This document shows positions 48,150 to 61,599 of a stretch of 64,000 nucleotides of DNA, piece by piece. This stretch comes from Stegostoma tigrinum (Eukaryota), in the NCBI RefSeq assembly GCF_030684315.1, contig NC_081400.1:8065464-8129463 (forward strand). Reading direction: 5' to 3'. Within the stretch, counting starts at the first letter, position 1. The number at the start of each line of letters is the position of its first letter. Both the position numbers and the translations under genes were made by a program. The notes beneath the pieces are model-generated. The model searched no databases, was not told where the DNA came from, and saw only the letters and a list, made by a program, of their open reading frames with translations.

Positions 48150-51100
48150 CACAACGTTTAGGGTGTCAAATGCCTCTAACATTGCACTGTCTAATATAAT
48201 GTTCTGCACTTCTTCAGAAAAATCAATCAGTGGAGCAACTTCGCTGCAAAATTCAGTACTAACATCTGATTAAACCCAATCAATTCCTGAAATCATAGTA
48301 CTGCCCTCTTTGTCATTGGTATTGTAAACTCCCCAACAACCTTTATTTTCACATGTTTTGGGTGGTCAGCCCGTGTCCAGTGACATGAATCAGGAACTCA
48401 CTTTTAGCCAGATTTATCACCAAGGCACTTCCAACAGAAGCTGCAGATATCCCTTTTATGTGTCACAGGCCATCAATGTACAACACAGAACAGGATAGTC
48501 TAGAAACCACTTTATTGGGGCTGGCACATTTTTTGTACCAAATGGTCTGATTTTGATTTGGTATCATCTATTTGGTGTCACGAAAACCAAAATTGGCTTA
48601 ATTCATTCAGATAGAGGCACCTCCCAGTATCTTCTGAATGAAGTCAAACTTAGAAATATACATTGCTTGACCCAACTTCTCAACGTAACCTTCCAAATAT
48701 GGAATAAGATATGAATCAGACTTTGCAATGCACTGACTTTGTGATAGGGTGATGAGGAGTGATTTGGTTTTGACGCCATTGCTATGGGTGAGCTCCATTT
48801 GCTGCAACCCACTTTGGTTATGTTTCTTTCAGCATGTGTTCAATCTCTTTTTGAATCTTTGAGAATTTTAGAGGGTCAGATCATTGTGCATGTTCCTTAT
48901 TTGAAACAGCATTTCCTGTGTTTAAAAATGCGCAATTTAAAAAATGTACTTCCAGCATTTTCCCACATATCTCCATATGTGCTTGAAACAACATCTTCAG
49001 GTTATTTAGAATTTATTCTGGAAGGTAACTCAGTAATTTATCTTTTTTCAGGAATTTCCTCATTGTTCAATTTAAATTTGAAGAATTCCTGATACATATC
49101 CATCTGAACTTGATACTTCATTGTGTGTTGCACCGAAGAATACATTTTCCTTTTGTTTTCCCTATCACAATAGCTTTTGGCCATACTAACAAGAGACAAA
49201 AGTGATTTTTCTTCTTATTTGGTAGTTTGATGAAATAACTCATTTCACTCAATTGCCTTGAGATTTGAACAGACTGATGAAACATTGCTTTTAAAGGTTT
49301 ACCTATATTGAAAGTAACACTACCACTTCATCTCCACTAGCAAAATAGCTAAATTTTGATTTAGTGCAAGCCAGGGGACAGCCAGGAAGGTAAAATTTAC
49401 CTGAAAAAAACAACTTACCTAGTGAGTCAGCTGCCTTCTTGACTTGAATGGTGGGAGAGGTGACAGTGTGAGCCGGGAAGTGAATGATTATATTTGGGCA
49501 TTGGCTAAACCCAAAACACTACATGTGTGGTGTCTCCAACCCATCCTCCTCCTCTAACTAAAAGGGGGAGAAAGGAACAGTATTTTTTCCCTTCTCTTTT
49601 GGCAATTTAGAGTAGAGGGAATGGAAGCTAGGATAGTTGCATGTTCTTTTTGTAGAATGTGGGATTTAAGATTCACGAAGAGTGTCCTTTCTGACTTCAC
49701 CTGCAAGAATTGCACCCAACTCCAGCCCCTCACAGACCATGTGAGTGAGCTGGAGCTGGAACTGGATGAACTCCGGATCATTTGGAAGGCTGAAGGAGTG
49801 ATAGATAGGAGTTATAGGGATGCTCTCAGACCCAAGTTACAAGGCATAGGTAGCTGGGTGACTGTTAGGAGGGAGAAATAGAATAGGCAGAAAGTGCAGG
49901 GTCCCATGTGGGCGTTCCCATCAATAATAAGGGAATCACTTTGGCTAATGTTGGGAGGGAGGATCCTACCAGGGCAAAGCCATAGCGGCCGGGTCTCTGG
50001 CACTGACCCTAGCCCTGTGACTCAGAGGAAGTGGGGAGAATAGGAGGGCAGTAGTGATAAGAGCTTCAATAGTTAGGGGAACAGACAGGAGATTCTGTGT
50101 AATGATCGAGACTCTCGGATGGCATGTTGCCTCCCGGGTGCAAGCATCAGGATTATCTCGGATCGAAACTTCCACATTCTTAAAGGGGAGGAACAGCAGA
50201 CAGAAGTCATGGTATAAATTGACAACAAAGACATAGCTAGGAAATGGGATGAGGACCTGAAAAATGAATATAGGGAGTTAGGATGGAAGATAAAAGCTAG
50301 GATGAGCAAAGTAGTAACCTCATATAATTACCAGTGCCACGGGCTTGTGAGGCCAGAAATAGAAAGCAAGTTCAGCTGAACACATGGCTCCAAAGCAGGA
50401 ATAGGAGCAAGGGTTTCAGAGTGGATCATTGGGATACCTTCTGGGAAAGTTGGGATCTGTACAGGAAGGACAGGTTGCACATGAACTGGAGGGACACCAA
50501 TAATCTGGTTGGGAGGTTTGCTAGAGCTCTTCAGGAGGATTTCAACTAGTTTGGCAGGGGAATGGGAACCAAAACTACAGATCAGAGGATGTGGTAGCCA
50601 GTGTATAGACAGATAGAGCAAGTTGAGAGTCTATGAGGGTGGAGGAACAGTTGCAGGGGCACCGTGGCAGTCAGTGTGATGGTTTGAGGTGCATCGACTT
50701 CAATGCAAGAAGTATCAGGAATAAGGGTAACGAACTTTGAACTTGGATCAGCACTTGGTACTACAATGTTGTGGCCATTAGAGAGACTTGGATAATACAG
50801 GGGCATGATTGTTTGTTGGATGTTCTGGGGTATAGTTGTTTCAAAAGAAATAGGGAGGGAGGTAAAAGAGGTGGGGGAGTGGTATTGCTAATCAGGGATT
50901 GTAACACAGCTACAGAAAGGGAGGTTGTGGAGGAGGGTTCGTCCACTGTGTCAGTATGGGTGGAAGTTAAAAGCTGAAAAGGAGCAGGCACTTTGTTAGG
51001 AGTTTTTTTATAGACCCCCCAAAAGCAACAGAGACGCCAAGGAACAGATTGGAAGACAGATTTTTGAAAGGTGCAGAATTAGTAGGGATTTTGTCATTGG

Positions 51101-54100
51101 TTGCTTCAACTTCAATAATATAGATTGGAACATCCGAAGACCAAATAGTTTGGATGGTTCTGATTTTGTCAGGCGTGCCAAGGAAGCATTTCTGACTCAA
51201 TATGTAGACAGGTTGACTAGAGGGGAGGCCATTGGATTTGGTGCTTGGCAATGAACCAGGCCAGTTGTCAGAACTCTTAGTGGGAGGGCATTTCAGTGAT
51301 AGTGACCATAACTCCCTGATCTTTACTACAGTCATGGAGGAGGATAGGAACAGACAGAATGGGAAATTATTTAATCGGGAGGGAGGGAATTACAATGCTA
51401 TTAAGCAAGAGCTGTGGAGAATAAATTGGGATCAGATGTTCTCAGGGAAATGCATGATAGAAATGTGAAGGTTGTTTAGGAAGCAGTTGCCCCAAGTATT
51501 GGATAGGTTTGTCCCTCTGAGGCAAGGAACGGATGGTAAGGTGAAGGAACCTCGGATGACAAGACATGTGGAACACCTAGTCAAGACGAACAAGGCAGCT
51601 TACTTAAGATTATGGAAGCAAGGACTGGAAAGGGCTCTAGAAGTCGACAAAGTTTCCAGGAAGGAACTGAAGAATGGATTTAGGACAGCTAGAAGTGGTT
51701 ATGAGAAAACTTTGATGAGTAGGATCAAGGAAAACCCAAGGCGTTCTATGCTTTTGTGAGGAACAAGAAGACGGCCAGAGTGAGGGTAGGGTCAAACAGG
51801 GATAGTGGAGGGAACTTGTGCACAGAGCCAGAGGGAGGTCCTTAATGAATACTTTGCTTCAGTATTTATCAGTGAGAGGGACATTGTCGTTTGTGAGGAC
51901 AGCATGAAACAGGCACATATACTCAAAAAGGGTGATGTTAGGGAGGAATGTGTGCTAGAAATTTTGAAAATCATGAGGATAGTTAAGTAACCTGGCCCAG
52001 ACGTGTTATACTCAAGGTTGCTATGGGAAGTGAGGGAAGAGATTGCTGCCCCTTTGGCAATGATCTTTGCGTCCTCACTGTCCACTGGAGCAGTATCAGA
52101 TGATTGGAGATTGGAAAATGTCATTCCTTTGTTCAAGAAAGGGAATACAGATAATAATGAGAATTACAGGCTGGTCAGTCTTACTTCTGTGGTGGGAAAT
52201 TTATTGGAAATGATTCTAAGAGATAGTGTTTATGATTATTTGGAATTGCACAGTTTCATTAGAAATGTTCAGCATGTCTTTGTGAGGGCAGCCCATGCCT
52301 CACAAGTCTTACTGAATTCTTCGAGGATGTGACAAAACAACCTGATGAAGGCAGAGCAGTGGACGTGATGTATATGGACTTTAGCAAGGCATTTGATGAG
52401 GTTCCACATAGTAGATTCATTCAGGAAGTAAAGAGGTATGGAATTCAGGGAAATTTGGCTGTCTGGATTCAAAACTGGCTGTTCGATAGAAGACAGAGGG
52501 TGGCAGTAGATGAAGCATATTCAGCCTGGAGCTTGGTGACCAGTAATGTTCCACAGGGACCTGTTCTGGGACCTCTGCTCTTTGTGATCTTTATAAATGA
52601 CTTGGATGATGTAGGATGGGTTAGTATGTTTGCCGATGACATGAAGGTTGGCGGAGCTGTGGACAGAGTGGAGGGCTGTTGTAGTTTGCAATGGGATATT
52701 GACAGGATGCAGATCTGGTCAAAGAAGTGGCAGATGGAATTCAACTGAGAAAAGTGTGAAGTAATTCATTTTGGAAAGTCGAATTTGAATGCAGAACACA
52801 GGGTTAATAACAGGGTTCATGGCAGTTTGGTGGAACAGAGGGATCTTGGACTCCACACCCATTGATCTCTCAAAGTTGTAACCCAAGTTGGTAGGGTTGT
52901 AAAGAACATGTATGATGTGTTGGCTTTCATTGGCAAGGGAATTGAGTTCAAGAACCGCGACAGCTCTCTGATACTCTGGTTGGAAAACACTTGGAATATG
53001 GTGTTCAGTTCTGGACACCTCCATATAGGAAAAATGTGGAAGCTTTAGAGAGTTTGGAGAAGAGATTTACCAGGATGTTGCCTAGCCTGCCGGGCGGGTC
53101 TAATGAGGAAATGTTGAGGGGGCTAGGCTTGATTTCATTGGATGAAAGAAGGATGAGAGATGACTTGATAGAGGTGTGCAAGATGATGAGAAGCATAGAT
53201 AAAGTGGATAGGCAGAGATTTTTTTTCCCAGGGCAGAAATGAATGTTATGATATGTCATAATTTTAAGGTGATTGAATGAAGGTTGGGGGAGATGTCAGA
53301 GGTAGGTTCTTTCGGCAGCGAATGTGGGTGTGTGCAATGCGCTGCCATCAGTGGTAGTGGAGTCAGTTGCTTGAGAGATATTTAAGCGCTCTTGGATAGG
53401 CACATGGAGGATACTAAAATGTAGGGTATGCAGGGTAGTTTGATCTTAGTAGAATAATAGTCGACAAAGCATTGCGCACTGAAGGGCCTGCACTGTGCTA
53501 TATTGCTCTATGTTCGATGTTTGTTTCATGTTTCATTGCATGCTGTGCTATTTTCAAATGCGGTCTAGCCAAATCTCCAACTCTTTTTCATCTTTCCCTA
53601 AAATTTGACACATAGTTTAAGTATGTGCTTTATGAGCTCTTATTCACCCATTTCTCCTTAATCAATTACAGTGGTCATCCCACCTCATGACTCAAAACTA
53701 ATTCAAATGGACTGAATTTGGTAGATTCAGTTAGTGTGCATTTCCAATTGCTAAAAGTTCAAATGGAATTCCTTTAGCCTATACCTCTGGACCATCTTGA
53801 ATATAAGCCCTCAACCTGGTCTTCAAAGTTTGATGCAACCATTATCCTGCCTTTCCCCCTCCGCCCAGCCCCCCCACCACTACCCTGTGATTCTGGATTG
53901 TACGATTTGGATATGAATTGTTTTATTCCAAATATATCCCTGGCTACCCTGGATAATTTTGATATGAATTTTGACTGTTCATCTGATTACCTGCGTGGGT
54001 ATTCTACATTTGTTGAAAAATGAAAAACTCATCTACAATGCATTTAGTTATGATAATTTATAATGGAATAACGTCTGCAAATTAAGTAGAAATACCCATT

Positions 54101-57040
54101 ATTGACTGGTACTTTTGTTTTACTTTCCTGTAGGGGTCCTATTCAATCAATTAAGTCTCTTGTAAACATTTTTTCAAATATTAGAAAGTGTATTAAGGAC
54201 ACTGTTTTTAATCACTGCCCGAGGTTTTCCAAATAACTGACATGTGTGACTTGTCTGGTAAAATTCAACCAAATCCTTACGCAGTGTGCACTCAAAAAAT
54301 GATTTTGCATTTTGGACTCAGTGTTCCTTGCTGCCAAATGAACTCCTTATCATTCATGTGTGACCCACAATTCCTTCTTCTATAACCCAATGATAATACA
54401 ATGTGACAAGCTTCTGCCAATTCCTCATCCACCCCATTATATGATGGTCTCCATTTCCTGATCAAGACATTACTTTGAAGATAATTCCATTCTGGGATAC
54501 CATCAGATTATTCTTCTGTGTACGTCTTTTGATTCTACTGTGTCAGGTTTCCATCTTTGTGTTGTAATTCGGTTAATTCCTCTGAACTAAAAATATTTAA
54601 TTTGTCCTCCGCTGTTCTTGTTTCTCTTCTCTCTCACCCACTTAATCAAACACGTTGACTAATAATTGTGAGTCAACTTCCTTATGTTTATTCTTAGATT
54701 TCTCCTCCAGATTCACCCACAGGCTTTGTGACCTCCTTGTCATACAGTCAGGAAGAATCCCAGGATAAAAGTTGCCTGATGTTCTCTTGGCTTTTTAAAT
54801 ATTGGAGACTTCAGTCCCATCTGTGATCCAGCTATATCAGTAACAAAGGTACATTTTACTTGTGGAACCAAGAGTTTCTTTCATACTGTTATTAGCACTG
54901 CCCCCCTTTCCCCTGGACTTTCTTACCTCACTTTATATAATGAAGCATTTTTGGTATCACCATAAATTCAAAATATTAACACTTTTCTGGAAATAGACCT
55001 TCTGAAATTCAGATCTCCTCATCTCTCATCATCACAGATTGACATGCTCCCAAATCTGATTAACTTTAATTTCCTTACCAGTTCCTTTTGGTATATTTGA
55101 GTAAACATTACCAGTGCAAGTGCATTATTTTAAGGATATGTGGCAGTTTCCTCTCAATCAGTCCTTTATTAGTTTGTACCTTCTGTTTCAGCTTTGTAGC
55201 TTCTACTGTGTTTTCCTCTACCACATTAACAAAAATCACTGGCTTATACTGTTTTCTCACATTCCTCTTCCCAGTGTTTTTTCGAGTATGCCAACACTGC
55301 AACTTTACATTGCTTACTTCATCACAGTGAAAACATTTGAGTTTCTTTACTTCTGTTTCCCCCACATATATTTCCTTTTTAGCCTCTGGTAAATTTCCTT
55401 TAATATCTTCAATGCAATCTCCTTTTCCATTTCCACCTGATGATTTCTCCATTCCTGACTTTTCTATCCCTCACAGATTGAAATCGATGATGGAAGCAAA
55501 ACTTTGATTTATGAAAAAACTCATAATCATTGGCCATATTCGCTGATGATCTTGCAGTTTTAACTCACTGCTCTTCCACATGTGCTGTCATTACTTCAGG
55601 AAGTGAATTCTTAAATTCCTTTAAAATAATCATTTCTCCTCGAGTTAAATGTCTGATGTATTTTCAAAGCCCTCTTAAGTCGACATTCTTCTTCATTTGC
55701 TAATTTATGAATTTTAAACTGTCTCTGCTTCTGCTTTTCTCTCTGTCTGCGTGTCTTCTGTAGGGCCATCCTTTACTTTTTGTTTACCCCTGCTAGGAAT
55801 ATTCTTTGATTTCTTCTTGTCTCTGATTTTAATTGGAATTCAAACTGTTTCATTTCTTAGTCATGTCCAAGTTGCTTCATCCGTAATAGAGTTCTAGCTC
55901 TTTCCAAAGATTCAAATGGCATTTCCAGCAATCATAAACGCCAAGCTAGTGCTGCAATTCCCTGTTCGTTTCATGTAAGACCATAAGACTGTAAGACCAT
56001 AAGACACAGGAGTGGAAGTAAGGCCATTCGGCCCATCGAGCCCACGCCACCATTTAATCATGGCTGATGGGCATTTCAACTCCACTTATCCGCACTCTCC
56101 CTGTAGCCCTTAATTTCATGTGAGATCAAGAATTTATCAATCTCTGCCTTGAAGACATTTAACGTCCCGGCCTCCACTGCACTCCGTATAAGATGGAGAA
56201 AGGCAACTCCAACTCCAGCTGGTCTGCCAATTCCCACAACTTTGCTCATTTTCTGAAAAACTCAAGGTGAATTCTTGCAGCCCCCAGGAAAATTTGTAGT
56301 GACTGAAAGAGCTACGATGAAAAAAGGCACACCTTTTTTTTAGACCAGCCGAGTTCAACACCTGAAGCAAAAAAAATCTACCACTTGCTGGCATTGAGTC
56401 CAATAATGGTAAACGCCACCTAAATTTTAATCCTGTCAGGGCCCCTTCATTTGTTGTGGAACAGCAGAGATCGTCTCAAAATATCTTAAGAAGATAGTCT
56501 AGAACCCAACATTTTTCTTTTTTTTAAGGCAAAAGTGCCATGTTCAAAATGTAATGTGACTCATCAAATTACTTCCCATTAAGCAAAACACGATGTATTT
56601 AAATACTACAGTAATAATAGAACCAAACAACAGATTTTGTCTTAAATTCGGTCCATAAGACTACAAGGCCATAAGACATAGGAGTGGAAGTAAGGCCATT
56701 CGGCCCATCCAGTCCAGCAGCCTTCGAAGAAAAATCCGGCCACTGTTTATTATATAGAGAGGCAAAAAAATGCCTGACGCTTCTCCAGTCCCAAGGCAGC
56801 AACCGCTCAAAGGTAAACCTAACAAAAAAACACAAGAAACCCCAACACTCCTGGTCTGTGAGAGCTGTCCACAAAAGCGCTAGTGATTTCTATTTTTCCT
56901 TCTTGAACGTAATCCCTAAGGCTTGACGAGCTGTTTACTTTACTGCCGTTCCAAGTTGACAGCTCTGCCCCTCTGTCTTAGAACCTCTCTTCAGAAAAAA
57001 AAAGATAAGTAACCTCTTTAAACCACACAACCATGACTGG
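48150..57040 (-). mobile_element. Decayed Gypsy-type LTR retrotransposon, Gmr1-like (gag-PR-IN-RT), interrupted by the CR1 at 49365-53522
   Basis: Zinc knuckle KCFHC..QCW (~55300); integrase-like remnants ~53550-54400; RT start WSSPI..SDSYLIP..ISKFD..YWEVPL (48600-48810); degenerate tRNA-Pro PBS ~56430-56450 next to an LTR-like segment ~56452-57040. Confidence 0.75.
49365..53522 (+). mobile_element. Near full-length decayed CR1 LINE (ORF1 zinc finger/coiled coil/esterase; ORF2 endonuclease-RT)
   Basis: MEARIVACSFC..FTCKNC, ASIVRGTDRRFC, LYRKDRLHMN, AIRETW, NYRLVSLTS, YMDFSKAFD, VPQGPVLGP, FADD; multiple frameshifts; degenerate CR1 tail at ~53510. Confidence 0.92.
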
Positions 57041-57159
57041 CTTCACCGCATTATCTATCAGGACTCTTACATTGAAAAAAGGAATGACTCACTCCATTTC
57101 TCAGCTGCTTCACCCACAGACAGGTCTCTTTTTCAATGTCTGTTACGGTTCCCAATTCC

Positions 57160-58150
57160 CACCCCCCAACCTTTCTAATTTAAATCCTCCCAAGTAGCAC
57201 GATAAATTCTTCCCACTAGTATATTACCCCCATTCCAATTCAGGTACAATCTGTCATTTTCAGACTGGTTACTTCCACCCCAGAAAAGAAGCTAACAGTC
57301 CAAACTTGTGTGTCCTTCTCCCTTGCACCAAATCCTCAACCAAGCTGTCATCTGCTTTATCTTCATATTCCTACTCTCGCTAGCACATAGCACTGGTAGT
57401 AATCCCAGTATTCCTTTCTTTGATCACTTACTTTTTAATCTCGTCCTTATTTTCATATATTCTCTCCTCAGAACTTCTTCGTCCTATGTCATTTGTTCCA
57501 AGGTGTGTAATGGCCTCCTGCTGTTTACTGTCTCCTTTGAGAATATTCTATATACTGCCTGAAACAGCCTTGACAGTGGCACTAGGGAGGCAACACACTT
57601 TTCTTATGTCTCACTATTAGTGGCAGAAATGTCTGTCTGCGCCGCTAACTAGAGATCCCCTATCACAGCCAATCACTTAGAACCTGCTGTGCCCCTCGTT
57701 ACAATTTCGCCGCGAGAAGCATGGTTTTCAGTGCTACACTCCCCAAGAGTTTATCTCCCCTACATTTTCCAAAGTAGCATATTTGTTTGAGATGTGAACA
57801 GCCTTTGGGGAATCCTGCAATACTTACCTACGTCTCCTACCTTTCCTAGAGGTAGTCCATCTACTCGACTGTATCTGTGCTTTATCTACCTTCCTGAAAC
57901 TGCTTTCCATCTCTGCCCATTGGCTTCTGTACATTCCCCGTTGCGTCTAACTGCCACTCCAATTAATCCATGTGATCCAATAGAAAATAGCAACGAAATA
58001 CATTTCCTGCAGATTTCATCACCAGGTACATCAGAATTCGCCCTGATCGCCCACATCTAACAGGAGGAGTGATTCATTTTGCCAAAGGTCATCTATGCAC
58101 CTTAAAAATCTGCAGACTTCAGAAAATGACAATCTTCATGCTCCAAAACA
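57160..58150 (-). mobile_element. Decayed CR1 ORF1 (esterase region) fragment
   Basis: Antisense similarity to the ORF1 region at 49620-50550. Confidence 0.6.
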
Positions 58151-58929
58151 CTGTCTTGTGATGACTTAGTTTTTTTATATATAAGAAGGAAGTTTCATCG
58201 AACAGATTTCCCTAGAATATATGTATTAGAGTTTAAAAAAAGTTCCTCCTCGCTATTGGAAATTCACAAATAAAAAAAAACACACTTTAAAACCTAAGAG
58301 TTTAGATTTCTATGGAGGGCTCACCTGACCCGAAATGTTAACTCTGATTTCTCTTTCGATACATTGCTCAACCTGCTGAACCTTCCTGAAGAAGGGGGTC
58401 GAATTGAAACACGAACTTTCCTGCCCCTCTGATGTTGCCTGGCCTGCTGTGCTCCTCCAGCTCCATACTGTGTTGTCTCTGATTCCAGCGTCAGTAATTC
58501 TTGCTTTCTTTTGAATTTTTCTCGCAATTTCTGTTTTTGTTTATGATTTTCAAAATCCGCAGTTCTTTAGGTTTCTGCATTCAAAGTTATGTTCTACAAG
58601 AGAAAAATAGTTGATCCTCAACAGTGAGTCTTTCTGATAATGGAGTTTCTTCAAGCTCAGCTGTAAAAATTCACTGATTTATTTTTGAGGACTGAAATCC
58701 GGAGATCAGAGATGCTGGTGATTTCGCAACCAGCCAGTTGTGAACTTGTACAATATTTTTGCGAACTACTCTCACTTTCTCTCTCTTTTCTCCCGTGTTA
58801 AAGTATCGTTATTTTGATTTTTTCCCAAAGTTACAAAACAAGATCACAACAAAATCAATAATTACTACTCCAAGATTTCGAGGAAAGCAATTCCTGTAAT
58901 GAAAAACAAACAAAAGCCTTTTACAGGCA

Positions 58930-60122
58930 AAATTGTCTCCTATCCACTATTTCAGATTCGACTGGACAGGCTTGGATTGTTTCATTTACTGCAGAGACGA
59001 CAGGGGTTGGTGGGATTTGGAGATGTTTGTTGGAGAATGGGGCTGAAGTGTATAAAATGTGGAGTGGTGTAGACAAGGTAAACAGAGAGCAGCTATCCCC
59101 TTGGTTGAGGAGTCAATCACGATAGGGCACAGCTTTATAGTAATGAGAAGGACGTTCAGTGAGGATTTAGAAAAAAACAAAATCACTCAGCCGGTGGTGG
59201 GAATGCCTGGGAAGGTAGTGGAGGATGGGAACGTCATGACATTTAAATAAAAAATAGATGTAGTGAACACTGAAGAAGCTTACTTCAGAGTACAACGGGG
59301 TCTTGACAAGAAGGGCCAATGGGCTGAGGAATGGCCAATGAGGTTTAATTTAAATAAGACATGAGGTATTGTATTTTGGAAAGACGTCATGGTACGACTT
59401 ATACTGTTAATGGTAAGACCTTGGGGAGTTTTGCGGAACAAAGAGACCTCGGAGTGCAGGTTCATAGTTCCTTGAAAGAGGAGCCGCAGCTAAATAGAAT
59501 AAGGAAGTTTTTTTTCTTTCTTGGTAGGTGCATTGAGCACCGGCATTGGGCAGTCATGTTATGGCTGTACAGCACATTGATTCGACGACTATTGGAATGC
59601 AGTGTGCAATTCTGCTTTCTGTGCTATAGGAAGAATGTTGGAAAACTTGAAAGTGTTCAGAAAAGAATTACGAGAATGGTGCCGGGGTGGAGTGTTTGAG
59701 CTATAGGGAAAGGTTGAATAGGTTGGGGCTATCTTCCCTGGTACATCAGAGGCTGAGGGCTGACATTATGGAGGTTTATAAAATCATGAGGGACATGGAT
59801 AGGTTAATAGACAAGGTCTTCTCCCCGCGTTGGGGAAGTCCAAAACCAGAGGGCATAGGTTTAAGTTTAAAGGGGAATGGTTTAAAAGTGACCTCAGAGG
59901 ATGGTGAGTTTATGGAATGAGCTGCCATAGAAAGTGATGAAGACTGGTATGATTACATTTAAAAACAAACTGGATGGGTATATGAATAGGAAGGATTTAA
60001 AGGGATAGGGACCAAATGCTGGTAAATGGAACGAGATTTATCGAGGATATCTTGTTGACATGAACGAGTTGCACCGAAGGTTCTAATTGCGTGCTATACA
60101 TCTCTATGACGTTATGACTCTA
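58930..60122 (+). mobile_element. CR1 3' fragments
   Basis: EQRDLGVQVHSSLK..LECSVQF..SYRERLNRLGL; tctatgac tail. Confidence 0.85.
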
Positions 60123-61599
60123 CAAGCCCTTCATAAACCTATCGTTGAAGGAAATGAGAGAATTGGAATTAGTGCAGTGTTTGTGGTTGTTATGTCAGTG
60201 CAGATTTGATACACCCAATGGCTTTTTCTGCGCTGTTTGAAACTATAAATCAGCTTTGTCACCATAACTGGTAAGGAAATTGCAGTGTACCTTGTGTTCA
60301 ACAGAATGAAAAGTAGCCAACAGAACACACTTCTTATGAATGTCTCAGATGGATTCTGACACAAGATGAGTTGCTCATCACAACGGAGGAGGGATTTGAA
60401 TAGGATGCAGTGCTCAATGGAAGCAAAAAGAAATCAACCATCAGATTTAGGTAAAAAGGAGTGATTGCAGAGGATTTGTGAAGACAGCACAGTGAACACA
60501 CTTGAAGAGGAGTTAATGGAGGCACCCTAGCTCACCGAATGCAATGAATAGCATCACAAAGTGTGCAGTAGCAAGAATTCCTCTTACTCTTTGAGGATTC
60601 TTGGATACATTGGTTTATGCACCGAAGGAGTGGCTTGTAAAGAACCTAGTGGTCAAAAGGAGGAAGTGCACCTGATGGATGGCAGTGGGTAAAACATGCT
60701 GTGGACGTACTCAGGTGAAGTTGACACTGTCATCACAAGTGAGGAAGCGACTGGGGATGACCTGGTGCTCAAGACAAGAAAGGGCTTCTAACATACAGCA
60801 ACATGAGCAGCGAACGAGTAGGAGTTTTAGCAAATTCAGCTCTATCAACACAACTGAAGTGGGGGTCAGAGAGAATCGGTGCTAAACAGAAGAAAAAACT
60901 TTCAATAAAGTGCAATAGTGAGAAGTGCCTCTGGATGACTCTTGGTAAAGTCGACTCGCTCACTAGATCTGAGATAGGGCTCTGCAAAGGACCTGATGTT
61001 CAATCAGAGGAGGTGCGTCTGACAGGCAGCTATGTTGAGAAGTGAATAAGTAGGATTCTTGGATAAGTCGGGTCGTTCACCACAACTGAGAAGGTCTTTG
61101 CAGGTATCCCTGTGCTCAACAGGTACACAAGCTTCCATCAGAAGCTGGTAAGGAAAACAGATTAAGAGGATTCTAGCTTACTCACTACAAGTGATCAGAG
61201 AATCTCACAGAACCCAATGCAAAAGAGGAAGCAGAGCATGCAATGTAGAACTGAGGAAGATTCAAGGGAAAAACTCCCAATAGAAGTCGTGATAGAACAG
61301 GTGTTGCTTTTCACCGTCTTTCCATATGCCCTCATCTTATATACATGTAATGATATAATCAAAGTCTTACAATATGATTAGTTTCAGGTTGTCAACATCT
61401 TTCAGAACTAAACATATCTGCCTGATCCTCTTCGTGTTTGTGTACTTCCTTGACCATATCATTAAAAGGGTCTCAGCTAACTGGATTTCAACTCTTTCGG
61501 ATTTCTCTTTGGTTCTCCCCTCTTTCTTTAACCTTGTACTGTGGGATCTGCGGGATCTGCGGGATCATCACACAGTCCAGAAAAATCCCAGGGTATTTT

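Noticed and set aside
47170-48150. Related decayed sequence here and at ~60360-61330
   Set aside because: It looks like a shared old repeat, but no family or coding motif could be assigned by eye.
56599-56874. ORF ending WFYYYC as a second V domain
   Set aside because: It lies in LTR/CR1-tail sequence and lacks the other V-set motifs.
60131-60364. Hydrophobic ORF as the leader exon
   Set aside because: The nearby donor is phase 2 and there is no in-frame ATG; it is 21 kb away among repeats.
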